Shown piece by piece: positions 51,178 to 62,590 of a DNA stretch of 64,000 nt. This DNA comes from Ginglymostoma cirratum. Taxonomy: Eukaryota. Made by a program: the position numbers and the translations under genes. Numbering within the stretch: position 1 is the stretch's first letter; every line of letters starts with the position of its first letter. The stretch is taken from positions 7,548,678 to 7,612,677 of the forward strand of contig JAHRHZ010000270.1 of NCBI GenBank assembly GCA_024137785.1. The letters run 5' to 3'. The notes under the pieces are model-generated. The model saw nothing but the letters and a program-made list of their open reading frames with translations, was not told the DNA's origin and searched no databases.

Positions 51178-51251
51178 TGGTGAGTTAAGGGGATTTGAAC
51201 ACTCAACCGTCCGATCTGGGGTCGGTTGTGCTCCTGTCGTGGCACAAGCCC
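51178..51251 (-). pseudogene. tRNA-Trp(CCA)-derived pseudogene or SINE head, ending in CCA
   Basis: GGGCTTG TG CCAC GACAGGA GCAC A ACCGA CCCCAGA TCGGA CGGTT GAGTG TTCAAAT CCCCT TAACTC A CCA is collinear with vertebrate tRNA-Trp. The D and T stems are broken. Confidence 0.7.
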
Positions 51252-51499
51252 AACCATTTCTTCTTCCTTTTAGAACAACTAAAGCAGGCTAGAATTGATT
51301 TTGTTACTGCTACCTACCCACCCACCCCCATACCTTGTGTGGAGATGTATGGAGTTTGGGGTTTTGATGGTTAGGTTCACACTAACAAAAAAACTGTATT
51401 GACTGATACCTACTGTTAAATGTTCATTTTGTAACAATTTAAAACTATATAAATGGATCAATGCTGAGACCTCCTAATAGTTAAAACTTTAACCTTGGC

Positions 51500-53760
51500 T
51501 TGGACAAAGAGACTGAATGTGGAGACTAGCCACTAATGACACTAAGATGGGTTGGAAAGTCATAAAGAGGGCATAGCCTTAGTCTGAGCCATATTAGGTT
51601 ATTGTGGGCAAAAATTCTCCAATCCCAGAGGATTGGAAAATGCCAATGCAACACACCTTAAATAACAAGGGACGAGAAAGAATGGGTAACTATATAGACC
51701 CATTAGCTTAAGGTTTGTGAAAATCTATAAAATTAGAAAAGTGATGTGGTTGAACATCTAAAAGTAATAATATCAAGCAGAGTCAGTATGGCTTCATGAA
51801 GGGGGAAATTGTGCCTGATAAATCTATTAGAATTCTTTAAGTAGGTAACAAGCAGGATAGATGAAGGGGAAGGATTGAAAGTAATTTTGTTTTTTAGGTA
51901 TTTGAGAAGGTACCACACATTCGGTTACGTGAGAGCCCATGATGTTGGCACTAGTACATAACATGGACAGAAGATTGACTCAGTAATAAACAGTTGGAAT
52001 AAGGGGGTGCTTTCAGGATTGCAACCCATAGTGTGCCACAGGGATTGTTTTGGTGACAGTTATTTACAAAATGATTTGGATGAGAAATGTGAATGTTTTG
52101 AAATCAAGTTTGTAGATGACACAAGTGGGAAGAAACTGCTGAGGATGCTGGTTAGAAAAGGATATAGACCAGTCAAGTGAGTGGGCTAAATCTTGGCAGA
52201 TGGCATATCGTGTGGGGGAAAACGTGAAGTTGTGCATTTTAGGAAGAAGAGGTGCTGTCTGCTGGCCTCCATATTTAAAGAACTTGAGTATAATGTGGCA
52301 GATGTTATGCTGCAATTATACAAAACCCTAGTTAGACCTCACTTACTGAAAGCAGATCTGGGCACCACTCCTTAGAATACTTTGGCTGGAAGGAATTCAA
52401 GATAATACCCAGATTTCAGACATTTTGTTGAGATTAGCCAGATTATCCTCTAGAATTAAGCAGTGATCTAATTGAGACCTTCATGGTATTAACAGGATAA
52501 AGACCAACTATTTCCTCTGGTCAAAAAATTCCAAAATCTGGATTATAGTCTGAGAATTAGGGCCAGACCATTCTGGAGAGATGTCAGAATACATTTCTAC
52601 GTGCTAAGGGTAGTGGAGATTTTGAACACTCATGAAATGGTGGTCAACACTAATTCAGTTGTTAAACTTAAATTTGAAATAGACAGATTGATAAACATGA
52701 AGGGATATGTCTGAGGTGAGCATATGGAATTAGGCCACAAATCAGCCGTGATCATATTGAATAGTGGAGCAGGTTCAAGGGGTTGAATGGCTTGTACCTT
52801 TTTCCTGCGATCCTAGCTGAATGCTAATTAAATGAAGCAAAACTACAGAAAGGTACAGGAGAGATTTGGGCACTCTGATAAATACCAAAAAACTAGAATC
52901 CACAAAGTAAATGGAATGTTGGCTTTTATTTCAAAGCGAACAGAATATAAAAATAGGGAGATCTTGCTACAACTGTACAAGCTTAGACCACAACTAGAAT
53001 ATTGTGATTGCAGCAAGAATGAGATAACCTTACTGAAATATATACCGTTCTTAGTGGACTTGATACTGGTATGGAAGACTACTTTTCCACCTCTTTTGTG
53101 AGAAGATACAAGACCAGAAGGCACATTCTCAGACTAATGGGTTGCATATTTCGGACAGAAGGAATTTCTGAAGGTTGAGAATCTGTAATTCTTCTACAGT
53201 GAATGCATTGAGGAAATTAAAGGCTGAGATTTGTCAGTCAGGGAATTAAGGGCTATTGGGATAAGGCTGGGAAGTGGAGTTAAGAATTATTCATATCATT
53301 TCAAAATCTCATTGAATAGCAGAGGAGACTTGATGGTCTGAATGGTCTGTATCTCCTATGCCTTATACCCTCATGCTCCAGGACTCTGAATGTCCACTGG
53401 TAGAAAATAGAGCAAAGCAGTATAATTAAAGAACACTTACAGTTTGCCTTCCATAGTACGTGGGATGTATGTGGCCTGGTATGAGTCGTGAGTTCTTATG
53501 TTGGTACAGCAGCTGATTGATTATGAAGGGAAATTGGATATTGTTACTCCTAATGAGGGAATGAAATAAAGGGGAGTTTTTCTATACTTAGGCAAGGCAT
53601 TGAAACAACATTTGCAGTACTGAGTTTTTATCTAATGAGATTTAATTGCATTAGAAGCAACGCAGAGAAAATGATTCATTGCTGAGATGGAGGGCTCATC
53701 CTATGAGGAAAGATCGCAGTTTAGATGCTAAATAGTGCATTCCTGCTCCTAACTTCTGTG
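51500..53760 (+). mobile_element. Cluster of degraded CR1 fragments
   Basis: QYGFMKG-like (51784), KFVDDT (52107), LQLYKTLVRPHL and NGMLAFISKRTEYKNREILLQLYK remnants; at least two 3' tails (about 52800 and 53365). Confidence 0.75.
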
Positions 53761-54014
53761 TTTTGCCTGTGTAAGAAAATCTTTTGTGGTGAAAAGTCAA
53801 ATACTTAAGTTTATCAGCCACTTCCTAGCAGTTCTCGTATAACTACAAAGTAACCTGGTAAAGTGTGCTGTGACACTAAGGATTAGGAATACTTGTTTCT
53901 GATAAGTTGTAGTAAATCACTTATCTTCCGTTCCTTTAAGTAGTTTGAGCTTTGCCATTGTGCATGAACTTACTGAAATGTTGTAAGTTGTAGCAGGAGA
54001 GACTCTAATCCATT

Positions 54015-54236
54015 ACTGTCAAATCCAGGATTCTAAGTATGGGGCTTCATGATTGGAGGTGAGAGGAGAACTATTTAAAGACAGGTCCTTGTGCAGAATG
54101 AACTTCCAGAGGAGGTGATGGATACAAGTACAGTTATAACATTTGAGACACTTTTTTGGTTAAAACAAATGTTTGGCAGGGTCTGAGCCAAGCACAGGCA
54201 GATGGGACTAGTTTAGTTTGGCATATGGTTGGCATA
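54015..54236 (+). mobile_element. CR1 3' fragment
   Basis: Similar to 48185-48400. Confidence 0.65.
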
Positions 54237-55188
54237 GTCCCATAAACTCTGGCTGTAGTAGTTGAAAAGATATAGTTTGAAATGTTCAAGCACTGGGTAA
54301 TTGGTGGGGGGGGGAGGTGTCAAACGAGCATCCTAAACTGGGATACTCACTAATATAATAGTGCTGAATCTGGGGTGGTGTGTGATTTAAAACTGAAATG
54401 GTGTTTAGTTGTGTCTAAAGATTGGCCCAGTTTACCACAAGTGCTGCAACTATGCCTTTGTCTAGACTTAACCATTGATCAAATCCACGAGAAGCTTTTG
54501 TATACTTGGAATTGCTGCAAAATAGAAAGTATTGTCTCTTTTAGGTTTGGACCTACTGGTACGCTGTGCTGAAGTAGTTTGCCTATTTTTGGGGAATGTA
54601 GGAGTGCATAGTTGGCAAGTGACAAACAATTAGAAACAAATTGTATTTGTCTAATGTCTTTTGCCTGTCTGGGATACAGTTTTTGTATACTTCAACTAGT
54701 TTACTTTAGAAGTGCAGTTACAAATAGTCCAACTACATAGCAAGGCCCCAAAAACAGTTAATGGGGCTACTCTATTCTGAATTGAAGAAGTTTGTGCTCG
54801 CAGAACATTGTGTTTAAGCAGGACACTGGAATGTGCCTTAGCATCTCATCCAAAAGACAGCACTTTTTAATGTAATATTGTCTCATCTTAATGTATGTTC
54901 ACATTCTATCATTTAATCTGTGAATTGGTAACTATCACATGGCTACCAATTCAGCCAAACTGGGAAAGGTTCAAGAAGCAAAGACCAAGGAGAATGGGCA
55001 ATGCCAGTTTAATTTATTTTAACTTCGTATCAGTATTGTAATTCAATCCTCAGCTGAAGGGTTTTGCAACTTGAGAAAAACTGCTTCCTGCAGTCTCTGC
55101 ACTTTGGATAAAACACTTGAAACTGCAAGCTGGTTGAAGTGTCTTACTGCTCTTCTAATAACTCCAGGAAGCTGGATGAAGTAAATGA

Positions 55189-55319
55189 GATAACAAGGTG
55201 TAGAGCTGGATGAACACAGCAGGCCGAGCAGGAAAGCTGACGTTTCGGGTCTAGACCCGAAACGTTAGCTTTCCTGCTCCGATCTCAGATTCTCCAGTAT
55301 CTGCAGTTCCTACTATCTC
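55189..55319. mobile_element. Palindromic mini-Penelope derivative with a 12-bp TSD
   Basis: TGAAGTAAATGA at 55177-55188 and 55320-55331; a 54-bp palindrome at 55226-55279 is centred on TCTAGA. Confidence 0.85.
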
Positions 55320-55379
55320 TGAAGTAAATGAAAGCTTTGAAGATCTTAGCAAAAGTTTGTAGCTTGGGTTGTGGATGCA

Positions 55380-56145
55380 GTTGTTAGCTCGCTGAGCCAG
55401 TGGTTCTGTGATGTGCAGACGTTTCATTAGCTTCTAGGCAACATCAGTGTGACCTGTAATCAAGTCATTGGTGTTCTGCTTCTTTCCAGATTTATATGAT
55501 CCTCTGGTGTGATGGTCTTGTTGCTTCTGGTTCTGATTTAGCAGCGGTCTGTATATGGGGTCTGTTTCTCTGTTTGTTAATGGAGTCCAGTGTTGAGAAC
55601 CAGGCTTCCAGAAGTTCCCTTGCAAGTCTGGTGTTCATTTTGTCCCAGCAAAAAGTAAAAACTTGAGACCAATATTCACTTGTCTCAATACATGAAGACA
55701 ATGAGGGCCATCCGTTTGACTGGGACAAGCAAACACCAGACATGCAAGGGAATTTCTGGAAGCCTGGTTTTCAACACAGGACTCCATATTACAAACACAT
55801 AGCAGTCTGTATCATAGAATCCGTACAGTGTGGAAACATGCCCTTCGGCCCAACAAGTCCACACTGAACCTCAGAGCATCCTCTTACTCCGTCCCACCCC
55901 ACCTAATCTACACACCCCTGGACACTATGGGCAACTTAGCATGGCTAATCCACCTGCATATCTTTGGTACAGGGTATATTTCTAAAACAACAGAACCAGA
56001 AGTGACAAGACTACCACACTGGAGGATCATTTAAATCCGGAATGGAGCAGAACACCAACGCTTTGATTAGAGGTTGCACTGATGTTGCCTAAAAGGATAA
56101 TGAAATTTCTGCACACCACAAAACAATTGGCTCAGCAAGCTAAGA
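55380..56145. mobile_element. Second Penelope-like family: inverted 3' fragments (GIY-YIG C-terminal region) with decayed hammerheads
   Basis: The minus arm encodes TRLARELLEAWFSTLDSINK and the plus arm HPFDWD...TRHAREFLEAWFST. The arms at about 55385-55640 and 55730-56143 are reverse complements. Confidence 0.75.
55812..55968 (-). mobile_element. Partial HE1-like SINE nested in the Penelope-like element
   Basis: GGCAACTTAGCATGGCTAATCCACCT matches 50877-50901; the tail is the same as at 50747. Confidence 0.8.
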
Positions 56146-59100
56146 AAAATTGAAAGCTTTTCCCATACATACATTCTGAGCAGTGACCTGTTCCCTTAGT
56201 TTACTTGCTGAGAATGGGTTGTTTTGGGATTTATCTTTGTTTCCAATCCATTTCTCCTTTTGAGTTTCACTAGGCTTGGTTTTGAGAAGTTCTAACTCGA
56301 CTTGTATTGATGTGCCCAGACTACACTCTTGGGTATTCGGTTTGATGTGGCTTGCAGTAAAACTTTTTCTCCAGTTGAGGTGGGAGGGGTGATGAGGAAG
56401 GATCCTTGCTCTGAGCACCTTTTTTAGTCATGGATGGTTTGCAATTGCACAATCTTGACATACTTTAGGTGTTCTCAATGTTGGAATATCTAATTTGAAT
56501 TCCATGACTCCTCCAACCTATGCCTTGAGAAAATGATTGAAATTTAAGTATCAAGTAGTGTTACTTTAAATCCCATATTCTCTAGTGTCGAACCTAATTT
56601 AAGTTTGGCTGGGTTTCACGTCTAGAATATGCAACTTTGAAACTTTCAGCCAGAAGGATTACTACTTCGAGTCGCTGTTCTGGTGTAATACTAGTACAAA
56701 CAGTTCTTTTATTTTAAAGCACAGTATTGTTGCTCATGCATGCAATGCAAGGCATCTCCATTTTAAGATGAAAATCTTCAATATGAAGAGATGTTCTTTT
56801 TTTTTAAGAAAAAAGATATTCCTGCAACGAATAACCAGGTTAATTTCAGTCCAGCATGTTTTGAGGTCTGACTTGACTAGATTCCAAACCAGTTGGACAT
56901 TTCAGCTGTTGACATCGAGGAGCTTAGTTTTAACTGTCCTGACGTTTGGGTTAGTTGGTGTTCCTCTGGAAACACAAACTTTGGTGTTCAAGGCTTGTGG
57001 GAAAATTTTTGTACAGACCAAGTTGCCTTTTTTATCAATTAAGACACTAACCAAAAAACTCTACTGTGCTGGAAAGTTAGTATTAGAAACAAAAAAGTTG
57101 TGAAATATTGATGCAATCTAACTATTTTTGGTCACAGCACAGCTTGAAATTGGCTTTTTCTGCATTACAACCAGGATGGGCACTTTGTTAGCATTTGATT
57201 CAAGATTTTAGTTTGGTTTTGGCCTCGTTTCTTCCTGATTGTAGGAAGTTCAAAGGCACCAATATGTTGGCCCAAAGTAAATGCACACTATTATACTATG
57301 TTTGCTGAAAGTACGCTTATTTTCAGCATGCCTTACATGGTATTTGCTTTGAAATGGCTTTACCTCTAATTGAAAAACCATCTAAGCCAATCCTATTATG
57401 ATATACAGAGACAAAAACTTCAAATTTGAATTTCCAGTTCATGGCTAAAAGAACATTTAATGACAAAAGCACTCGACTTAAAACACAACTGACCCACAAA
57501 AGGAGAATTCCTGGAGAAAGAAACATTCCTTTATTTGCTATGCACTGAATTACGGTCCTTAAAAAAAGACACCCAACACCTACAGCCCCTCCACAATAAC
57601 TTCTATAATCTGCTCTGGTGAATGGTGACTTTGACCATCGCAATTCATGTTTGCGTTGAGTCCCCTCTGCTTGTGGAGGAGCTATGATGCCTGTTCTGAT
57701 GATTGTGCTTACCCTGGCCATGCCAGAATAACTCCCCTGGAATCTGTAGAAGCCCATGTGATATCTCACTTTAGACCTGTTATCTTTTAACACCTGGCTT
57801 TTGTATCTTCCAAAACTGAGTGGTTTTTCTCTGCTGACTAATTGCTTTCTATTTGCATTCATTGATTTTTTTTTTTTAAAAAAGATGTCAAAATGACATT
57901 TTCTTGCCTTTTTTCATGGTGATGTGTAGCACATGCATCTTCCACCTGGATTGAAATTTTGGTTGGCTATCCTTGGTGCCCACACTCTTCCTTCCCCTTT
58001 TGTGGTGTGGTATGTCTGTTTGTTCTGTTGATCTGGTACCTTGCAACACCTTTTTTGCGACCTGTGGGTTTGTAACCTGCAAAATGAGTTTCTTGATGTT
58101 TCTGTTGTCTGTACACACACTGCTACCTAACTCAAATAATCCAAGTCTTTCCTCTGTCTAATAAACAAAACATCCCAGGCCTACAGACAGACTGCAGAAC
58201 AGGTCACCAGTCCTTCATTTACCCGAACTTAAACTACAACCCCGACACTAGGCTAAGCTTGTTCATAAGTATAGTGATTTAATGTACCTTGCTGAATTGC
58301 CAGTATTCTGACAATTTTTAGCTTGGAACTAGAATAGAAACTGTTTCCATGCACTAGTAGAATATTAAATCTGATCTTAAGATCAGTTTTTGCTAGTTCT
58401 CGTTTAATTTTGCTGTGCCATCAAATTACGTAGAAACTACAGCAAGAACAGCCTTGTTCATTCTTGTTTGTGTCACAAGTGTTATTTTCATAACTCCATG
58501 TGCCAGTTCTTTCTCTCTGCTCTTCCATCTCACTGTTTCATTGTTTTGCATTTTGGGTAGTACTCAAGTAGAATAGTATTTCCAGCATTTGCTGTTTTTT
58601 TTTTTTTTTTTTTTTGTTTTGTTTTGAGGTGCAGAATTTTCCCTGCTTTTAATTTTTTATTGGCAGTTCCTGGTCAAGAACATTGTGACCATTTCCAAAC
58701 TTATTGGTGAGTTATTTTTTTGACACAGTAACATTGTGTGTACACAATATCAGACAGTAACAATGGAATTTTTTAGTAGCTTAAAATTGCACAACTTGTT
58801 TTGTGGTGTACTTGTATTTAGCTACTATATTCGGTTGTTACGGCCCACTGTGGGATATAGCTGAAGTTGTATGGACCTCTGGTTGGTATACTTCGTTTCT
58901 CCTCTGAACTGCTGTGCTGTGTTCTTGCCTTTCCCTGTCCGTGTTTTGCTGATCTCCATGACTTTGCAAAAATACACACCAGACAAGAGTCTGCAACTTC
59001 ATCTGTGAAGATCTGCATTCTAAACTTGATCCTAGCCTAGATTATCTGGTTGGTACCAAGGTAACACTATTAAAATACGTGGGTTGCTAAATAATCCATG

Positions 59101-59580
59101 TCAAGTTATTTACATCTCTGAAGGAGAGCTAAATATTGCTATTTAATCCAAGTAATATAACTCGTTAGTAAAATACAATTTTTTTTTGTGACATCTGACA
59201 AGTATATAATTGAGCAGTGCACGCAGAATATAGTACCCTTGGAAGTAGTGTACTGCAAATTTACAAGGATGTTTGCAGATTCACTGGTTTAGATTAAATG
59301 TTTACATAACCTAGACTTCTGTTATATGGCATATATATCAAGTCATCCCTTAATATTGGATTTAGGATTCTGAAAATAATTGTTGAATAGATGAAAACCT
59401 TTTTGGGGTCTGTTGTAATGGATATAAAATTAGGCCATTAAGAAGGAAAAAGTTGGGAAATAGTCCTTCACAAAATGAAAGGATGACCTACAAATGTATC
59501 TTCATTATCAAATCAGATTTAGAGCATCTGTGGAGCTGGATGAACACAGCAGGCCAAGCAGCAGCATAGGAGAAGGAAAG

Positions 59581-59615
59581 CTTGACGTTTCGGGCCTAGA
59601 CCCTTCATCAGAAAT
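59581..59615 (-). ncRNA. Minimal hammerhead motif in the Penelope minus arm
   Basis: Minus strand TTT-CTGATGA-A-GGGT(ctag)GCCC-GAAAC-GTC-AAG. Confidence 0.55.
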
Positions 59616-60101
59616 GGGGGAGGGGAAGAGGGTTCTGAAATAAATAGGGAGAGAGGGGGAGGCGGATAGAAGGCGGATAGAAGATGGATAGAGGAGAGGA
59701 TAGGTGGAGAGGAGGCAGGCACGGATGCAGCCAGTAAAGGTGAGTGTAGGTTGGGAGGGTAGGGAGGAGATAGGTCAGTCCAGGGAGGACGGACAGGTTA
59801 AGGGGGCGGGATGAGGTTAGTAGATCGGGGTGGGGCTTGAGGTGGGAGGAGGGGATAGGTGAGAGGAAGGACAGGTTAGGGAGGCGGAGATGAGCTGGGC
59901 TGGTTTTGGGATGCGGTTGGGGGAGGGGAGATCTTGAAGCTTGTGAAATCCACATTGATACCATTGGGCTGCAGGGTTCCCAGGCTGAATATGATTTGCT
60001 GTTCTGGCAGCCTTCGGGTGGCATCACTGGCATTACAGGAGGCCCGGGATGGACATGTCATCTGAAGAATGGGAGGGGGAGTTGAAATGGTTCGTGACTG
60101 G

Positions 60102-60725
60102 AGGGACCACTCCCTCCGTGACTCCCTTGTCCGCTCCACACTCCCCTCCAGCCCCACCACACCTGGCACTTTTCCCTGTAACAGCAGGAAGTGCTACACC
60201 TGCCCCCACACCACCTCCCTCACCCCAATCTCAGGCCCCAAGAAGACCTTTCCACATTGGCAGATGTTCACCTGCACATCTGCCAATGCGGTATACTGCA
60301 TCCGCTGTACCCGTTGTGGCCTCCTCTACATTGGGGAAACCAAGCGGAGGCTTGGGGACCACTTTGCAGAACACCTGCGCTCAGTTCGCAACAAACAACT
60401 GCACCTCCCAGTCGCGAACCATTTCAACTCCTCCTCCTCCCATTCCTCAGATGAAATGTCCATCCTGGGCCTCCTGCAATGCCACAGTGATGCCACCCGA
60501 AGGCTGCAGGGACAGCAAATCATATTCAGCCTGGGAACCCTGCAGCCCAATGGTATCAATGTGGATTTCACAAGCTTCAAAATCTCCCCTTCCCCCAACC
60601 GCATCCCAAAACCAGCCCAGCTCATCTCCGCCTCCATAAACTGTCCTTCCTCTCACCTATCCCCTCCTCCCACCTCCAAGACCCACCCCCATCTCCTATC
60701 TACCAACCTCATCCCGCCCCCTTGA
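60102..60725 (+). pseudogene. Penelope GIY-YIG endonuclease coding remnant (no RT)
   Basis: GTFPCNSRKCYTC...AVYCIRCTRCGLLYIGETKRRLGDHFAEH...PVANHFN...LGTLQPNGIN contains the VY/YIG motifs, the catalytic Arg and PLE-type Cys/His residues. Confidence 0.9.
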
Positions 60726-60893
60726 CCTGTCAGTCCTCCCTGCACTGACCTATCTCTTCCTTACACTCACCTTTACTGGCTCCATCCCTGCCTCTTTGAC
60801 TTGTCTGCCTCCTCTCCACCTATCCTCTTCTCTATCCATCTTCTATCCGCCTCCCCCTCTCTCCCTATTTATTTCAGAACCTTCTTCCCCTCC

Positions 60894-60930
60894 ATTTCTG
60901 AGGAAGGGTCTAGGCCCGAAACGTCAAGCT
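60894..60930 (+). ncRNA. Minimal hammerhead motif in the Penelope plus arm, sense to ELAVL2 intron
   Basis: TTT-CTGAGGA-A-GGGT(ctag)GCCC-GAAAC-GTC-AAG; stem I is only about 3 bp. Confidence 0.5.
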
Positions 60931-61189
60931 TTTCTGCTCCTATGATGCTGCTTGGCCTGCTGTGTTCATCCAGCTCCACACCTTGTTCTCTCGGATTCTC
61001 CCAGCATCTGCCGTACCTATTATCTCCGATTTAAAGAATGTTGACTTTTGCGAGACATTGACTTAAAATGATTTAGGAGCTAGGATAAGTGAATGTTTGG
61101 AATTAAGATAATCCATAATACATCAAAAGGCTGATGGTATACACTGATAGCTGTTAATCGCTTTCCTTTAAGATAAAAGCGTTCCGTCA

Positions 61190-61668
61190 GTCAGGGATGT
61201 GCAGCATGGAAACCACTCTTTCAGTCCAGCTTGTTCATGCCAACCAGATATTCTAAATTAATTTAACCCCTTTTGCCAGCATTTGGCCCATCTTGTTCTA
61301 AACATTTCCTATCCATGTACCCATCCACTTGTCTTTTAAATATTGTAATTGGTACCATCTCCACAACTTCCTCTGGCAGCTCATTCTATCCATGCACCAC
61401 CCCTGGAAAAAGTTGCCCTTAAGTCCCTTTTTATTTCTTTGCTCCCTCTCCTATGCCGTCTAGTTTTGGACTCCCCTACTCTGGGGAAAGCACCTTGATT
61501 GTTCATCCTATCCATGCCCCTCATGATTTAATAAACTTCTAGAAGGTCACCCCTCAACCTCTTCTTCAGGGAAAATAGCCCCAGCCTATTCAGCCTCTCC
61601 CTGTAGCTCAAACCCTCCAAGCCTGGCAGCATTCTTGTAAATCTTTTCTGAACCCTTTTCAAGTAACA
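61190..61668 (-). mobile_element. CR1/HER1 3' end
   Basis: Minus ORF KRVQKRFTRMLPGLEGLSYRERLNRLGLFSL. Confidence 0.88.
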
Positions 61669-61804
61669 CATTTTCTGTCTAGCAGAGACACCTGAATTTA
61701 CTGAAGCTGCTTTATCAGGACAACTTCCCTGCCCATTGAAATTGGCTGGGAAATGTTGCCTTGCCTTCCCTGTTGTCAAAATACTGGAGCTCCCTTTCAA
61801 ATAG

Positions 61805-62590
61805 GCACAGGCATTAAATACTAGAGCAGGATGGCTTGCTACATTGGCACAGGGGATTGGTGAGATCGCACCTAGAGTATTGTGTACACTTGGCCTACTT
61901 CATCTGAGGAAGGATGGCGGCAGTGCGACAAAGATTTGCCAGACTAACTGCTGTGATGTCAGGACTGATTATAAAGACATGAATTCATGGGTTTAGAAGA
62001 ATGGAGGGGGTGTGTGTGTGGTTGAGGTTGAAGGGGACAGAGGGTGTGAAATCTCTTCGAATTTTATAGACTGCTAACAGGGCAGCAAGGGCTAAATGCA
62101 GGAAGGTTGTTCGAGGGAGCCCAGGATCAGATGTCCTATTTGGATGAAAATATAGGTGGTCTGACGGTGAGGAAATTTTGTCAGAATAAACAAGATATAG
62201 TTGGAAAGCTAGGTGGAGAAATGGCAGATGGTGTTTGAGCCAAACAAGAGAAGTAATGCAATTTAAAAGGTCAAATGCAAGAGCAAAGTATACAGTAAAT
62301 GGCAGGACCCTTAGCAGCGCTGACGTGCAGAAGGATCTTCAGGTGCAAGTCCATAACGCCCCTGAAAGTGGCAACGCAAGTGGATAAGGTGGTAAAAGTA
62401 CACAGCATGCTTGTTTCCGTCATTCGGTGTTGAATTGAAAAAGGATGGCAAGTCTTACTGTAACTATAAATCGCTTATGGTTAGGTCATGTTTGGAGTAT
62501 TGTGTGCCATTCTGGTTGAGTTTGATCATCCGTTATCATATTGAAATGGTGGAACAGGCTTGCAGGACTGAATGGCCTACTCCTATTTTC
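61805..62590 (+). mobile_element. Degraded CR1 fragments
   Basis: LVRSHLEYC-like (61859) and MVRSCLEYCVPFW (62478) remnants; tail GACTGAATGGCCTACTCCT. Confidence 0.7.

Larger units (their letters stand above)
59528..61027. mobile_element. Penelope-like retroelement, 5'-truncated with an inverted pseudo-LTR (minus arm about 59528-60103, plus part about 60102-61027)
   Basis: GIY-YIG endonuclease ORF, an inverted repeat of about 570 bp, hammerhead motifs at both ends, and a possible degenerate TSD GATTTAGAGCAT/GATTTAAAGAAT (59516-59527 and 61028-61039). Confidence 0.93.

Noticed and set aside
51178-51195. TGG-initiated sequence resembling an LTR-retroelement primer-binding site
   Set aside because: The whole tRNA is present rather than about 18 nt, and there is no adjacent LTR or gag/pol sequence.
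54830-54960. Possible Deu-domain SINE remnant (CATCTCATCCAAAAGACAGCAC)
   Set aside because: Too short and degraded to assign by eye.
57323-57862. 179-aa minus-strand ORF
   Set aside because: No recognisable domain or exon structure; it is antisense within an intron and probably chance.
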